From Octopus sinensis (lineage: Eukaryota), in assembly GCF_006345805.1 (NCBI RefSeq), contig NC_043013.1, positions 45,818,001 through 45,882,000 of the forward strand: a DNA stretch of 64,000 bases, read 5' to 3'. Each line of letters starts with the position of its first letter. Position 1 is the first letter of the stretch. Positions 10,656-22,205 of this stretch are shown here, one piece after another. Both the position numbers and the translations under genes were made by a program. The notes beneath the pieces are model-generated. The model did not search any database. It saw nothing but the letters and a program-made list of their open reading frames with translations, and had not been told where the DNA came from.

Positions 10656-10765
10656 GAGAACACCGCCGCCGCCATTACCACCATCACCAGCACCACCACC
10701 ACAAATCATCATCATCATCATCACCACTACCACCATCATCATCATCATCATCATCATCATCATTC

Positions 10766-10835
<70 letters not shown>

Positions 10836-11303
10836 CAACAACGATAACAACAACAGCAAAATGGATAACAGCAACATCGACACCCACAAGGGAAACAGCA
10901 GCAGCAACATTTATAACAACAATCACAGCAATTGTGAGAAGCTCTATTTGAAACACAGGTCGATTATTTTCTTACCAGTTTATTGATTTTCTTATCAAAT
11001 ATCGATTGCCAACTTAAAAAAAAAACTTTACTAAACAGCAGCCAAAAAAATCAATATATTATGAGAACTTTCTACCGTGAGTTTTTTCCTATATTTTGCC
11101 TTTGCTTTTAAACGGTGCCATTTATAAGATATAATTAAGCAACACTTCAAAGGATAACTTAATGAAGCTGCTCTTAACCAGTAATAAAAATGTTTCGGCT
11201 ATGGGCTGTTTAATTATCAAAAAATTACATATTAAAGTTTTCTAAAATGCTATTTTAAAACACATATCAGTAGGTCGACATCATATAATAATAATAGTAA
11301 TAA

Positions 11304-11345
<42 letters not shown>

Positions 11346-11420
11346 TAATAATAGTAATAATAATAATAATAATAGTATAATAATAATAATAATAATATAA
11401 TAATAATAATAATATAATAA

Positions 11421-11976
11421 ATGCCCTGATGCAGTACCAGGCAGTGGCTCTCATGGCTTCTGATCTTAACTGATTGGAAGTGTTATCATGTACATTGTTT
11501 TGTCTTGGTATAAAAGATGGGCTACAGCATCTATTCTGCTCAATACCACAGATTTGCTTGTCAGTTGTTTGACCTTAACCAGTTGAGCATGTCCCTTGAT
11601 GGCTGACGATATGTGCATCTCTGATCACGAGCAGAAGTAGTGGGGGAGCATCATAGCCATGTGTTGAGAAGGATTCTTTGGGGTTTGAATAATTCACCTC
11701 TGGAAACATGGGTGTTTCGTTCAACGTCCTTAAACAACCCTTATTCAGGGACCTTTTGAGCGGGATGGGTTACTCGACCTGAAGAAAATTCTAACTGGGC
11801 TCCACCTGCAAGGTCATGTGCTGTTTATCTTGATATCAGATCACCATGTCGCGCACATATGGTTGTGATGCATGTGCCTGATGTACCTTTATCAGACGGG
11901 TGGTCATGATGGGTATACTGGGCTTCGTATATTTTACCCCAGTGTCACTTTGATGGCATGCTCTGCTCGCTCACTC
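11421..11976 (+). mobile_element. Family E ~550-bp repeat within (AAT)n
   Basis: Runs ATGCCCTGATGCAGTACCAGGCAG...GCTCGCTCACTC. Reverse complement of the 3776-4326 copy, with (AAT)n on both sides. Confidence 0.9.
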
Positions 11977-12037
11977 AATAATAATAATAATAGTAGTAGT
12001 AGTAGCAATAATAATAATAATAATAATAGTAGTAGTT

Positions 12038-12081
<44 letters not shown>

Positions 12082-12159
12082 GGTGGTAGTAGTAGTAGTA
12101 ATAATAATAATGATAATAATAATAATAATAATAATAATGATGATAATAAAAATAATAAT

Positions 12160-12372
12160 CTTTTCTACTCTAGGCACAGGGTCAGAAATTTTGGGGGAAG
12201 GGCCAGTCGATTAGATCGACCTCAGTACGCAACTGGTACTTCATTTCTCAACCCCGAAAGGATGAAAGGTAAAGTCGACATCGGTGGAATTTGAACTCAG
12301 AATGTAAAGATGGACGAAATGCCGCTAAGCATTTTGCCCGTCGTGCTAACAATTCAGCCAGTTCGCCGCCTT
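12160..12372 (-). mobile_element. SINE family B (tRNA head, Nin/Deu-like central domain), type-1 tail; a further partial copy lies at 12537-12705
   Basis: Reverse complement of GGCGGCGAACTGG...GAGTTCAAATTCC...CCTTTCATCCTTTCGGGG...GTACCAG, ending in (ATT)n. Confidence 0.85.
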
Positions 12373-12486
12373 AATAACAAGAACAATAACAAGAACAACA
12401 ACAAGAACAACAAGAACAACAACAACAACAATAATAATAATAATAATAATAATATAATAATGATAATAATAATGATAATAATAATA

Positions 12487-12518
<32 letters not shown>

Positions 12519-12704
12519 TAATAATAATAATAACAATCCTTTCTATTATAGGCACAAAGGTTGAAATTTTAGGGTAGGGGATTAGTCGATCACATCGACC
12601 CCTATATTTCACTGGTAGTTAATTTATCGACCTTAAAAGGATGAAAGGCAAAAGTCGACCTCAGCGGAATTTGAACTCAGAACGTAGCGACTGGTGAAAT
12701 ACCG

Positions 12705-13630
12705 ATCGACCCATCATGCCTGTTTGATTCCAGGATCGAAAAGAAAGAAGACAAAAGAACAAAAAGATACAATCCCTTAAAATTTGAAAAAAAGAAGAAT
12801 TAGGAGTATGAGAATTGTTTTGGTGCGTTGGGAACAGTAAGCAAAAATATTTTTTTCTACTCTAGGCACAAGGCCTGAAATTTTGGGGGAGGGGGCCAAT
12901 CGATTAGATCGACTCCAGTACGCAACCGGTGCTTAATTTATCGGCCCTGAAAGGATGAAAGGCAAAGTCGACTTCGGCGGAATTTGAACTCAGAACGTAA
13001 AGACAGACGAAATACCTATTTCTTTACTACCCACAAGGGGCTAAACACAGAGAGGACAAACTAGGACAGACAAACGGATTAAGTCGATTATATCGATCCC
13101 AGTGCGTAACTGGTACTTATTTAATAGACCCCGAAAGGATGAAAGGCAAAGTCGACCTCGGCGGAATTTGAATTCAGAACGTAGCGGCAGACGAAATACC
13201 TATTTCTTTACTACCCACAAGGGGCTAAACACAGAGAGGACAAACAGGGACAGACAAACGGATTAAGTCGATTATATCGACCCCAGTGTGTAACTGGTAC
13301 TTATTTAATCGACCCCGAAAGGATGAAAGACAAAGTCGACCTCGGCGGAATTTGAACTCAGAACGTAGCGGCAGACGAAATACCGCTGAGCATTTCGCCC
13401 GGCATGCTAACGTTTCTTCGCCGCCTTATAAACAAAAATATAGACTAATGACTGAAGGAGATTGGAATAGATTGCGCTGTGGTGCTCCTGGAACAGCAAC
13501 GATTTTCAGGAGGGTTCTAAGCACTTGAAAGGCTACTGAAAACTTGTGGATACCTAAGGTTACAGGCAGTAACGCGTTACCCACATAAATCCTATCAGGA
13601 ATAAGACAGAACCCGAGTCAAAGCCAAGAT
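12705..13630 (+). mobile_element. R4/Dong-like LINE 3' fragment split by a SINE B multimer
   Basis: 12705-12850 carries RLE-region remnants (GALGTVSKN). 13442-13528 ends GTATIFRRVLST*, followed by a short 3' UTR and (AAT)n. Confidence 0.55.
12851..13428 (-). mobile_element. SINE B trimer (one head, three ~180-bp bodies)
   Basis: Three repeats of the CCCGAAAGGATGAAAG(G/A)CAAAGTCGAC unit. Flanked by TAAGCAAAAATAT (12838-12850) and TAAACAAAAATAT (13429-13441), a TSD with 1 mismatch. Confidence 0.9.
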
Positions 13631-13659
13631 AATAATAATAATAATAATGATGATGAAGA

Positions 13660-13870
13660 CGGTAAGAGGGGAGAATCGTTAGCATGCTGGGCGAAATGCT
13701 TAGCGGCATTTCGTCCATCTTCACATTCTGAGTTCAAATTCCGCCGAGTTCCGCTTTGCCTTTCATTCCTTCGGGGTCAATAAAGCAAGTACCAGTTGTG
13801 TACTGGGTTCGATGTAATCGATATATAGCCCCTACCCCCAAATTTCTGACCTTGTGCCAAAATTTGAAAT
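13660..13870 (+). mobile_element. SINE B, type-1 tail
   Basis: GAATCGTTAGCATGCTGGGCGAAATG...GAGTTCAAATTCCGCC...CCCCCAAATTTCTGACCTTGTGCC. Confidence 0.8.
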
Positions 13871-13939
13871 CGACAATAATAATGATGATGATGTTAACGT
13901 GTCGATATACGTATATGTAACCGAATACATGTAGCCGGA

Positions 13940-14380
13940 TCTGCGAAAGAGAAAATACCTATGCTGAACTATTGAGGAATCTACAGCTACTCTGTCTATA
14001 AATTTCAGGTTTATAGCTGTAATTATTGGAACACTCACTGGGATATCTAACGCACTGCTTAAATACCAATCTTGAGAAACTAGGCTTCGACAAACCAGAA
14101 AGGAATGATTCGAAGACTACAGATCCAAGCCGTCACTGGAACTGTAAAACTTGCCAGAAATTAATCATTTAAGTATATATGAGCATGTCTCGATATGCAA
14201 CAATATGCATGAGAATACATACATAAGGCAAAACAAGCAAATCTGCATATACATACATACATACATACATACAAAAATACCCTGTTGATGTTGAAGTTCT
14301 AATGAAGTACCCTTGGATCTGGGTTAGAAACCAGCTCTTTTTCTATTTGCAAGAACTCTTGAAATACATACATACATACA
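13940..14380 (+). mobile_element. RLE-type LINE 3' fragment, (CATA)n-associated family, copy 1
   Basis: Homologous to 14930-15240 (KENTYAELLRNLQLL...). The 3' UTR contains (CATA)n, then a further ~90 bp, then CATA repeats. Confidence 0.75.
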
Positions 14381-14640
14381 TGGTGGCTGCCCCCTCGTTA
14401 TCGAGTATGGCCATTGCACGAAGCTTAATCAATGTTGTTATCGTGCAATGCCTGTGCATTTATTTCTATGTCCCTGCGCATGATAAATCCTTAAGACATT
14501 TATTGGATGGCCGTTGACTCTCAAGAGTTTCCCCGCCCTTTGACGGGTTTTTGTTTTTCATCCCGCAAGGTGTCCAATAAACACCCTCCTCACCAAGCAA
14601 GCTTGGTGGGGTTGCCGGTTTAGTCGCCGACGACCCGACT
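14380..14640 (-). mobile_element. Short GC-richer repeat, possibly a non-autonomous RTE-derived element
   Basis: Discrete 260-bp unit between CATA tracts. The ends resemble RTE 5'/3' termini (GGCGACTAAACCGGCAACCCC...; TACTCGATAACGAGGGGGCAGCCACC). Classified from recall only. Confidence 0.35.
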
Positions 14641-14690
14641 ATGTACATACATACATACATACATACATACATACATACATACATACATAC

Positions 14691-15263
14691 ATAATGAAAT
14701 CCGTCGGAAGAATAATCCCGAGGACCACGAAATAAGAACCCACAAACCCACAATATGGTAGAAGCCATTGCCACTTACAATGAAAAGGAATACTGGTGGA
14801 ATGTACCAGTGTAAACCTCAATAAAATGTTAGCACAACAGACCTGATATAATGATTTGGGACAGAGAAGAGAAACTCTGCACAGTTGTGGAAATTTGCTG
14901 CCCAGCGGACGTTAACATAAAGCTGGAGATTAGTGAAAAAGAGAACACCTATGCTGAACTATCGAGAAATCTGCAGTTACTCTACACAGATTTCAAGTTT
15001 TAATTATTGGGTCTCTGGGATATGTAATACACTGCCTAAATACCAATCTTGAGAAATTAGGCTTCTCAAAACCAGAAAGGAGAAAGCTAATTCGAAGACT
15101 ACATATCCAATCCATCACTGGAACTATACAAATCTGTAAAACTTTCCAGAAGTTTATCATTTAAATATATATGAGCATGTCTAGATATGCAACTATAATG
15201 CATGAGAATACATACATAGAACATACTAATCTGCACACATACATACATACATACATACATACA

Positions 15264-15295
<32 letters not shown>
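14691..15295 (+). pseudogene. RLE-type LINE 3' fragment with PD-(D/E)xK endonuclease, copy 2, between (CATA)n tracts
   Basis: Translates KEYWWNVPV*...HNRPDIMIWDREEKLCTVVEICCPADVNIKLEISEKENTYAEL...IIGSLGY...SITGT...CKTFQKFII*, with internal stops and frameshifts. Confidence 0.85.
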
Positions 15296-15297
<2 letters not shown>

Positions 15298-15429
15298 CAA
15301 GCATACACAGTAATAATAAATAACAGAAAGCATATGTAGTGTCTTATGCTTTATAAAACCCGCACTCGTTTCTCCAAAATTACTATCAGGATTACACAAT
15401 TGCTTGTTGAAACATAATCTTGTTAAGAG

Positions 15430-16630
15430 GTGAAATAATTAAGACGATTGAACCTGAATACGGATATAAATGCATGGGAATACTTGGGGAAGATGGAATT
15501 AAGCATAATGATGTAAAGAAAAACAAATAAAGAGTATCTGCGGCGAATGAGAAAAATATTGAATTCGAAGTTGAACGACAGAAACGTAATTTTGGCAATA
15601 AACTCGCGCGGAGTTGCAGTGGTTCGATATGGCACTAGAATTATGAAGTGGACAGAGGACGATCTAATGGAGTTGGACAGGAAGACGAGAAAGCTCCTGA
15701 CAATGCATGAAGCCCATCATCTACGTGTATGCTCTGATCCGCTATACATGAAGAGAGCGAATGGAAGAAGGGGACTGAGAAGTGTGGAAGAGTGCGTGCA
15801 TCTCGAACTTGGGAACTGGTTGAGGTTCTGATCCCAAAGTGAGGAAAACGTATTAGCGGCAGTTAGAGACGAGAGCATATTGAAAGCAGGGAAAAATATA
15901 AAGAGCAAAACAAGGAATGCATGAAGGACACGGAGAAACACTGCGTAACAGAAAACTACACAATCAATTCTGTGTAGCCACAACTGAATTTGCTGGAGAA
16001 CATATGTGGAAACAGTGAGAAAAGAGACTAGGAGCTCAATGGTGGCAGCGTAAGACCAAGCTTTTATTACCACAAACTGGACGGTCAGCCTCAGGAATGA
16101 GCAGGTGTCTCCTCTGTGCTGAATCTATAATAGAATTGACGAGGCCATTGCCCATATCATGAACGAATATCCTCCACTTGCTCAAAACCAATACAAGTTG
16201 TAGCGATACGAGGAAGTGCTACATTGGAAACTGCGAAAAGTGGGGGCTTGAGAGAGGCAAGGCGTGATGTGAGCTAAACCACAGAGATTGGCAGAGTCGC
16301 AGATTGGCAAAATCCTGTGAGATTTCCCAATCCAAACCGAAGTTGTGCTTGAGCACAATAACCCGCACCTAGTGGTGGTGGACAAGATGGACCAAATGTG
16401 CTCCGTAATTGATGTTGCGTGCCCCCTTAACCCACTAAGGAAAGCGAAAAGACAGACATACGAGATAGCTCGACTCGACAGTGGAAAACAAAGGCGAAGA
16501 TAGTGTCAGTTAGGACCTTGGAGACGATATCAGATGGCATCAAAAGAAATATAAAGGAAATAGATATGTAGTAACCAGTAGAACTGGTACAAAAGATTTG
16601 CCTCCATGCCACGGCCATAATCCCCAGGAA
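15430..16630 (+). pseudogene. R4/Dong-clade LINE relic: RT C-terminal region, decayed zinc knuckle and RLE
   Basis: YKCMGILGED, RMRKILNSKLNDRNVILAINS...VRYG...LDRKTRKLLTM...LYMKRANGRRGL, then DEAIAHIMNEYPPLA and KIL*DFPIQT...HNNPHLVVVDK...VIDVACP. Many stops. Confidence 0.85.
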
Positions 16631-17169
16631 AGAATTAGTTGAAAAGAACAGAAAGCTCGGAGCTGTTCCTTGAAGGATGAAAGGCAAAGTTAACTTCCAT
16701 CGGATTTGAACCCAGAACATCAGGAAAAGACCGTAAGTAAATGCCACTGATATTTTGTTTTCACGAACAAGCCAATCCTATGACCCCGTCGTTCCTTGTT
16801 CGCTTATTGTTTTGTAGACTATAGGGCAGATTTGAAAGAAATTTGTCAACAATTTGCAACAAAGTCGAGCTTCCTTGATTGGCAAAAAGTTTTTATAGGG
16901 TTGGAGAAAACATGTCTTACCTTGTTTAATGACAGCAAATATCTGGTTGTTTGGTGCAGGTAGAAATTTATAACGAGTCTGCTCCGGTTTTTGACTTTTA
17001 TTAATTACACGTGGGTCGACACGTGAGTAAATATCAACAGGTGACAACTAAATTAATATTCCCAGATGCACAACATTGCTGATGGATTTCACTGATTGAC
17101 ATATGAAGAACAGTGTTACATTAAAGATCTTCAACTAATTCCGTGACATTTTGATCTGTCACTGTTAGT

Positions 17170-17565
17170 GCCATCACCACCACCACCACCACTTCCACCG
17201 TCACACCTAGTCACCCTCAACATCACCGTCATCCTCGTCGTCGTCGTCGTAATCATCGTTGCCAACGACTATCACCACTAGCACCATCATCGTTATATCC
17301 TCCTCCTCCCTCCTCCTCCTCCTCCTCTTCACCACCATCATCACCACCACCACCACCACCACCACCACCAACAACAACAACAGCAACAGCAACAACCACA
17401 TCCACTAACGTCGTCATCGTCGTCGACGTCATCATTATCATCCTCATCACCGCCACTATAAACCCCACCCTCATCATCATCATCATCCTCATCATCCCCA
17501 TAATCATCGTCGTCGTCATCATCATGACCACTACCACCATCACCATCACCATCACTGTCATCATC

Positions 17566-17598
<33 letters not shown>

Positions 17599-17960
17599 GA
17601 CACCATTATTTATTTGGTATCGCAAACACCTCCCCCACCACTACCACCACAACCTCCTCACATTACTGCTACTAACACCTTCTTACCATCTTCACCACTA
17701 CCATCATCATCATCATTATCATCATCATCATTATCATCATCATCATCATTAACCCCACTGTAGTCACCAACACCACCGCTACCACCATCATTGCCATTCC
17801 CGTAATCACCGTTATTGTCATTATCCTCCTCCTTCTCGCCTTCTCTGCTTCTTCTTTTTCCTCCTCTTCCTTTCCTTTTCTCTCTCCTCCCTTTCTTTCC
17901 CCCACTTCCTCCTCCTTTTCTTCCCTCTTTCTCTTCCCCTCATCACCATTATTTCCCCTA
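17170..17960. repeat. Compound (CAC/CAT/CTC)n low-complexity tract
   Basis: Direct inspection. Confidence 0.9.
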
Positions 17961-18553
17961 TCTCTGCTATTACCGCAACCATTACCATTTGTGCTGTGTG
18001 CACTGGAATTACAACATTAAATATTCCACTAAGCTGTTGATATGTAAGAAAATATTTTGAAATGCAAAATTTATGGATTTTTCTAAATTGTTTCTTTCTC
18101 TTGTAAAGAACGGATCAATATTTTTAATTATTAAAAACCCGACGTAAACTCATAGAACGTGCTTCTCCAGGAATTAATTCCTGGTCTAATATTCCCAAGT
18201 ATTTTCAGAATAAACACGGCCGTTGGACACTTTTAAAATAATTAATGTATAAAATGCTTCCTCAAAGTCGAAAATATGTTTAATTTATGTCTTGTAAGGC
18301 ATGGCTGTGAGATTAAGAAGTTTGCTACCCAACCATGGGGTTCCCAGTTCGAGCCTAGTGTGCGCAACTTACCATTGCCGCGGTGTTATAAGTGTCATGT
18401 TGGTCAAATTTGGTTGAGAAAAATAGAATGGAAGACCGTGCATTAATGTATGTATGTATGTATGTATGTATGTATGTATGTATGTATGTATGTATGTATG
18501 TATGTATGTATGTATGTATGTATGCATGTATGTATGTATGCATATATATATAT

Positions 18554-18607
<54 letters not shown>

Positions 18608-18697
18608 GAGAGAGAGAGATTATATAATTTTACTGAAATTGAGTATTTGAGTAAAATTATATTAATGTGTCCGACTGATTAAAATTCTATTTATTTG

Positions 18698-18783
18698 TGC
18701 ATCTGATGATAGTCTTGCATTTAAATTGATATAATGATTGCATTGTTCAATTAATTGAAGTCGCTTGAAACGGTCGTACTGCA
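18698..18783 (+). ncRNA. Hammerhead ribozyme motif with a long stem-II insert
   Basis: TGCA-T-CTGATGA-TAG...(~50 nt)...CTT-GAAAC-GGTC-GTA-C-TGCA. Intact core, short stem III, GUA site and stem I TGCA/TGCA with a U:C junction mismatch. Same TAG...CTT stem-II base as 8598-8649. Confidence 0.55.
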
Positions 18784-18910
18784 TCACTTCTTGATATCCT
18801 GTTGCTTAGTTTGATTTTATTCACTTTCAAACTGTGCGGATAATACCGGACTGACTTGGTGCTTCAACTTAAGTACCTAATTCAACTGAATCTAATTATT
18901 TCTACACAAA

Positions 18911-18974
<64 letters not shown>

Positions 18975-19009
18975 CACACACACACACACATACACACACA
19001 CACATAAGA

Positions 19010-19704
19010 AAACAGAAAATGGAACAAGAATGTAACAGGCGACAACAAAACATCCGGATAGTTAGACGTTACCAAAAAGGACAGGAAAAAAACAAGGACG
19101 GGTCATTCGGAGCTTCTTATCCTCAGTCGAGTACTATTTTATCTTAGAAGTTTCGGCCGGTTACACTCGAGACTGCTCCAATCTGACCGGCCCCAATAAA
19201 ATGTAAGCTAAGAGTACTAGATTCTTTGGAAGAAAGCAAGCGAATGTATACGAAAACAAGGACGAAAGAAAACGGAGAAATGGTACACACAAATATAAAT
19301 AACAGGACATGAACAACAGGTGTCTTTCGACTAAGGACGAATTAAACTAAGTTGGCATGTGTGGAAGTAAAGCCTTATGGCAGGGACATAAGAGATGAAA
19401 GTCATGGGAAGGAATGTAAGAGATGTTACAGGGATGGTAGTCGAACCAAGAAAGAAAGGTCAGGCTCAGCGGAATACCGGTCACGTAGAAGGAGAGGAGA
19501 GAGGTAGGGCAGAGGGATTGAAGAATTAGGGAGGGACACGAAAGAGAGAAAAAAGAAAGGAAAGGGACAAAGTGAGGTAAAAGAGGAGGGAAGTGAGAAT
19601 GAAGGGAAGGCCAAGAAATATGAGAGAGTGGGAGTGAGAAAAAGAAAAGTGGAAAAGACGAAGAAACTTTGAAGGGGGCTAATAGAAAGAATGAGTCGTA
19701 CAGG

Positions 19705-19770
<66 letters not shown>

Positions 19771-20340
19771 TATACTTACATTTTGGAGACCAAAAATGTA
19801 CGTACACCGCTATATGTATATATAAAAAAGAAAACAAAAAATGGAACAAGAACGTAACAGGTGACAAAAAACATCCGGACAGTTAGACGATACTAAAAAG
19901 GACAGGAAAAAAACAAGGACGGGTCATTCGGAGCTTCCTATCCTCAGTCGAGTACTATATTATCTTAGCAGTTTCGGCCGGTTACACTCGAGACTGCTCC
20001 AATCTGGTCGGCCCTAAGAAAATCTAAGCTAAGAGCACTAGATCCCTTGGGAGAAAGCAAGCTAATGTATACGAAAATAAGGACGAAAAAAAGAAAACGG
20101 AGAAATGGTACACAATTAAAGATACAAAGAACAGGTTTCTTTCGACTAGGGACACCTGTTGTCCATGTCCTGTTGTTTGTCTTTTTAATTGTGTACCATC
20201 TGTTATTATTTTTATTGTATTTAAAATTTTTCGTGTAACATCGTCTGATTTTCCGTCCTTGTTTCGTATACATTTGCTGCTTTCTTCCAAGGAATCTAAT
20301 GCTCTTAGCTTAGTTTTTCCTTGGGACTGGCCAGATTTGA
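19010..20340. repeat. Unclassified repeat in two direct copies (19010-19340, 19830-20150) plus an abutting inverted partial copy (20150-20340); a further copy at ~28510-28722
   Basis: AATGGAACAAGAA...CAAGGACGGGTCATTCGGAGCTTC...GCTAAGAG(T/C)ACTAGAT is repeated. 20255-20340 is its reverse complement. Confidence 0.8.
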
Positions 20341-20377
20341 ATTGTATTGGGTTTCATCATCATCATCATCATCATTA

Positions 20378-20441
<64 letters not shown>

Positions 20442-20456
20442 ATTATTATTATTGTT

Positions 20457-20487
<31 letters not shown>

Positions 20488-20733
20488 AAATATTATTTTT
20501 ATATATTGTTTCTTGATAGTTATTAGTTATGATATCTATTTATTTAGTATGCTTTATTATTATTTTTATAAAGGGATTTAGCGTATTACATATGGCCAGA
20601 GTTCGCTCTGGCAAGCAGTATATAGTAAACGAAGCAACCACCAGTCACTGATTTGCAACCAACAAAATAGCTAGATGTATAATCTGAATAAGAGATAAGG
20701 GTAGTAACTCTACTAACAAGTAAGGTTAATCTC

Positions 20734-21410
20734 GGATTTTATCTGTTTGGCTGCCAAGGTTTCAAAAATTAAAGCCTTTCAAAGATTTTAAATTTGGTAC
20801 ATTAACGTAGCTTTCTGAGCTGAATTGCTGGAGTTATTTCACTTTTTTCAGAAAATTTTTTTAGAAATGTTATAGAGATTTAAAGTCGGATCATTTTCAC
20901 TCAGTCAGGAAATAGGTTTGGCAAGCTGTCATTTTGTACGTGACAGCACATTTTGTCAGTATCCTGAAAATAGCACATGTCAATATTTGTATTATACATG
21001 CGGAAAGAGTAACTTTTTATAGTTTTAAGCATTCAATGTGCATTTGATGCAATAAACAGCACATTACAAATTAAATATTAAAAAAAGCAAACATTTAAGC
21101 GTGCCATATGCATTTCGGTGGGCAAAACAGTAAAACACAACGTCAACAAGTGGTTTCAATGTATTTGTCAATATGTGCTTTCTCGCAGACAAAAGAGTTC
21201 TTATGTTCAACTTTTTACTATGTGTCTTTGGCTTACGATTGGTTAAAATTATTCTAAATGTTCAAACTTTAATAGTTAATAATTTTATTTATTGATTTAT
21301 AGCGAAAATGATTTTCCTGACATTGATTAGTTTATAAAAGTGTATCATTACACTAAATATGAAATCAATTCGAACAGAAATTGAAATTGGCAGCCAAACG
21401 AAAAAGATCC
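20734..21410. mobile_element. 677-bp MITE with GG-start TIRs and an 8-bp TSD (Merlin-like)
   Basis: Left end GGATTTTATCTGTTTGGCTGCCA; right end reverse-complements to GGATCTTTTTCGTTTGGCTGCCA. Flanks are TTAATCTC (20726-20733) and TTAATCGC (21411-21418). Confidence 0.7.
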
Positions 21411-21847
21411 TTAATCGCCACATCACTATGGCTGTTTAATGTCACAACTAGTTTAACCCGAAGCAGATCTTCCACCAGCTGGTTTTAGGTGCAGTACTGC
21501 ACCATGTTCATATATTGCCAGTAGGGGAGCGAACCCCTACTATCCTCCAGCAGTCTTTCCATACGCGTGGAAAAGTAAATTCCCACAACTTTCTCATTTC
21601 AGCAGATGAACGTCCAAAATATTTTGCCCAACGTTGGGAAAAGGACTCATTTAAAATCAATGTAAATATTTAGATGGGTTCGACAAGATATAAGATTTGT
21701 GTCCCTTTGTTCTTTGCTGAAGCTTGTATTGCACGATATGTTTATTGTGGCATGTCTCAGTAATTCTTTGAGCATCAGTTAACTGCGGATAATCTAATTA
21801 GCACTGATATTTTACTAAGATAGCGTCCTTTGTCATTATATCAATCA

Positions 21848-22205
21848 TCTCTATATATATAAACGGCAAAATGTATGCGTGTGCGTGTCCTTTATACAAA
21901 TCCACAATTTTTCAGTTAGAGGGCTTGCACTTTCTATGGTCATTCAAAACCGTCCAAGGGTGGTCGTGCACGTTTCCCCGGTCACACCGCAAAGCCATTA
22001 AAAAATCAATAGAAGTGACATTTTTGTGAATTTTCTATCCAAAACCCAATCAAAATGCCCGAAACTTGATACGCCAATTGAAAGCCAGCTAGCTGTATGT
22101 GATTGGTCGAAGATTTGGACAGTACTCGCATGTATGTGCGCACGCACACAGCTCTATATGCATGCACTAGCACTATGACCTGGCGTTGCCGGGTCATAGT
22201 GCTAG
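21848..22205 (+). mobile_element. Non-autonomous Helitron
   Basis: A|TCTCTATATATATAA 5' end, GC-rich subterminal hairpin (GACCTGGC gtt GCCGGGTC), CTAG|T 3' end and no TSD. Confidence 0.8.

Noticed and set aside
12851-13428. Regularly spaced repeats resembling a CRISPR array (also 49468-50067)
   Set aside because: The whole ~180-bp unit repeats with no unique spacers. These are SINE bodies, there are no cas genes, and the DNA is eukaryotic.
19915-19955. Minus-strand CTGAGGA...CCGAATGAC as a possible hammerhead (also ~19095-19130)
   Set aside because: It has GAAT instead of GAAA and no complementary stem I, so the fold cannot be closed.
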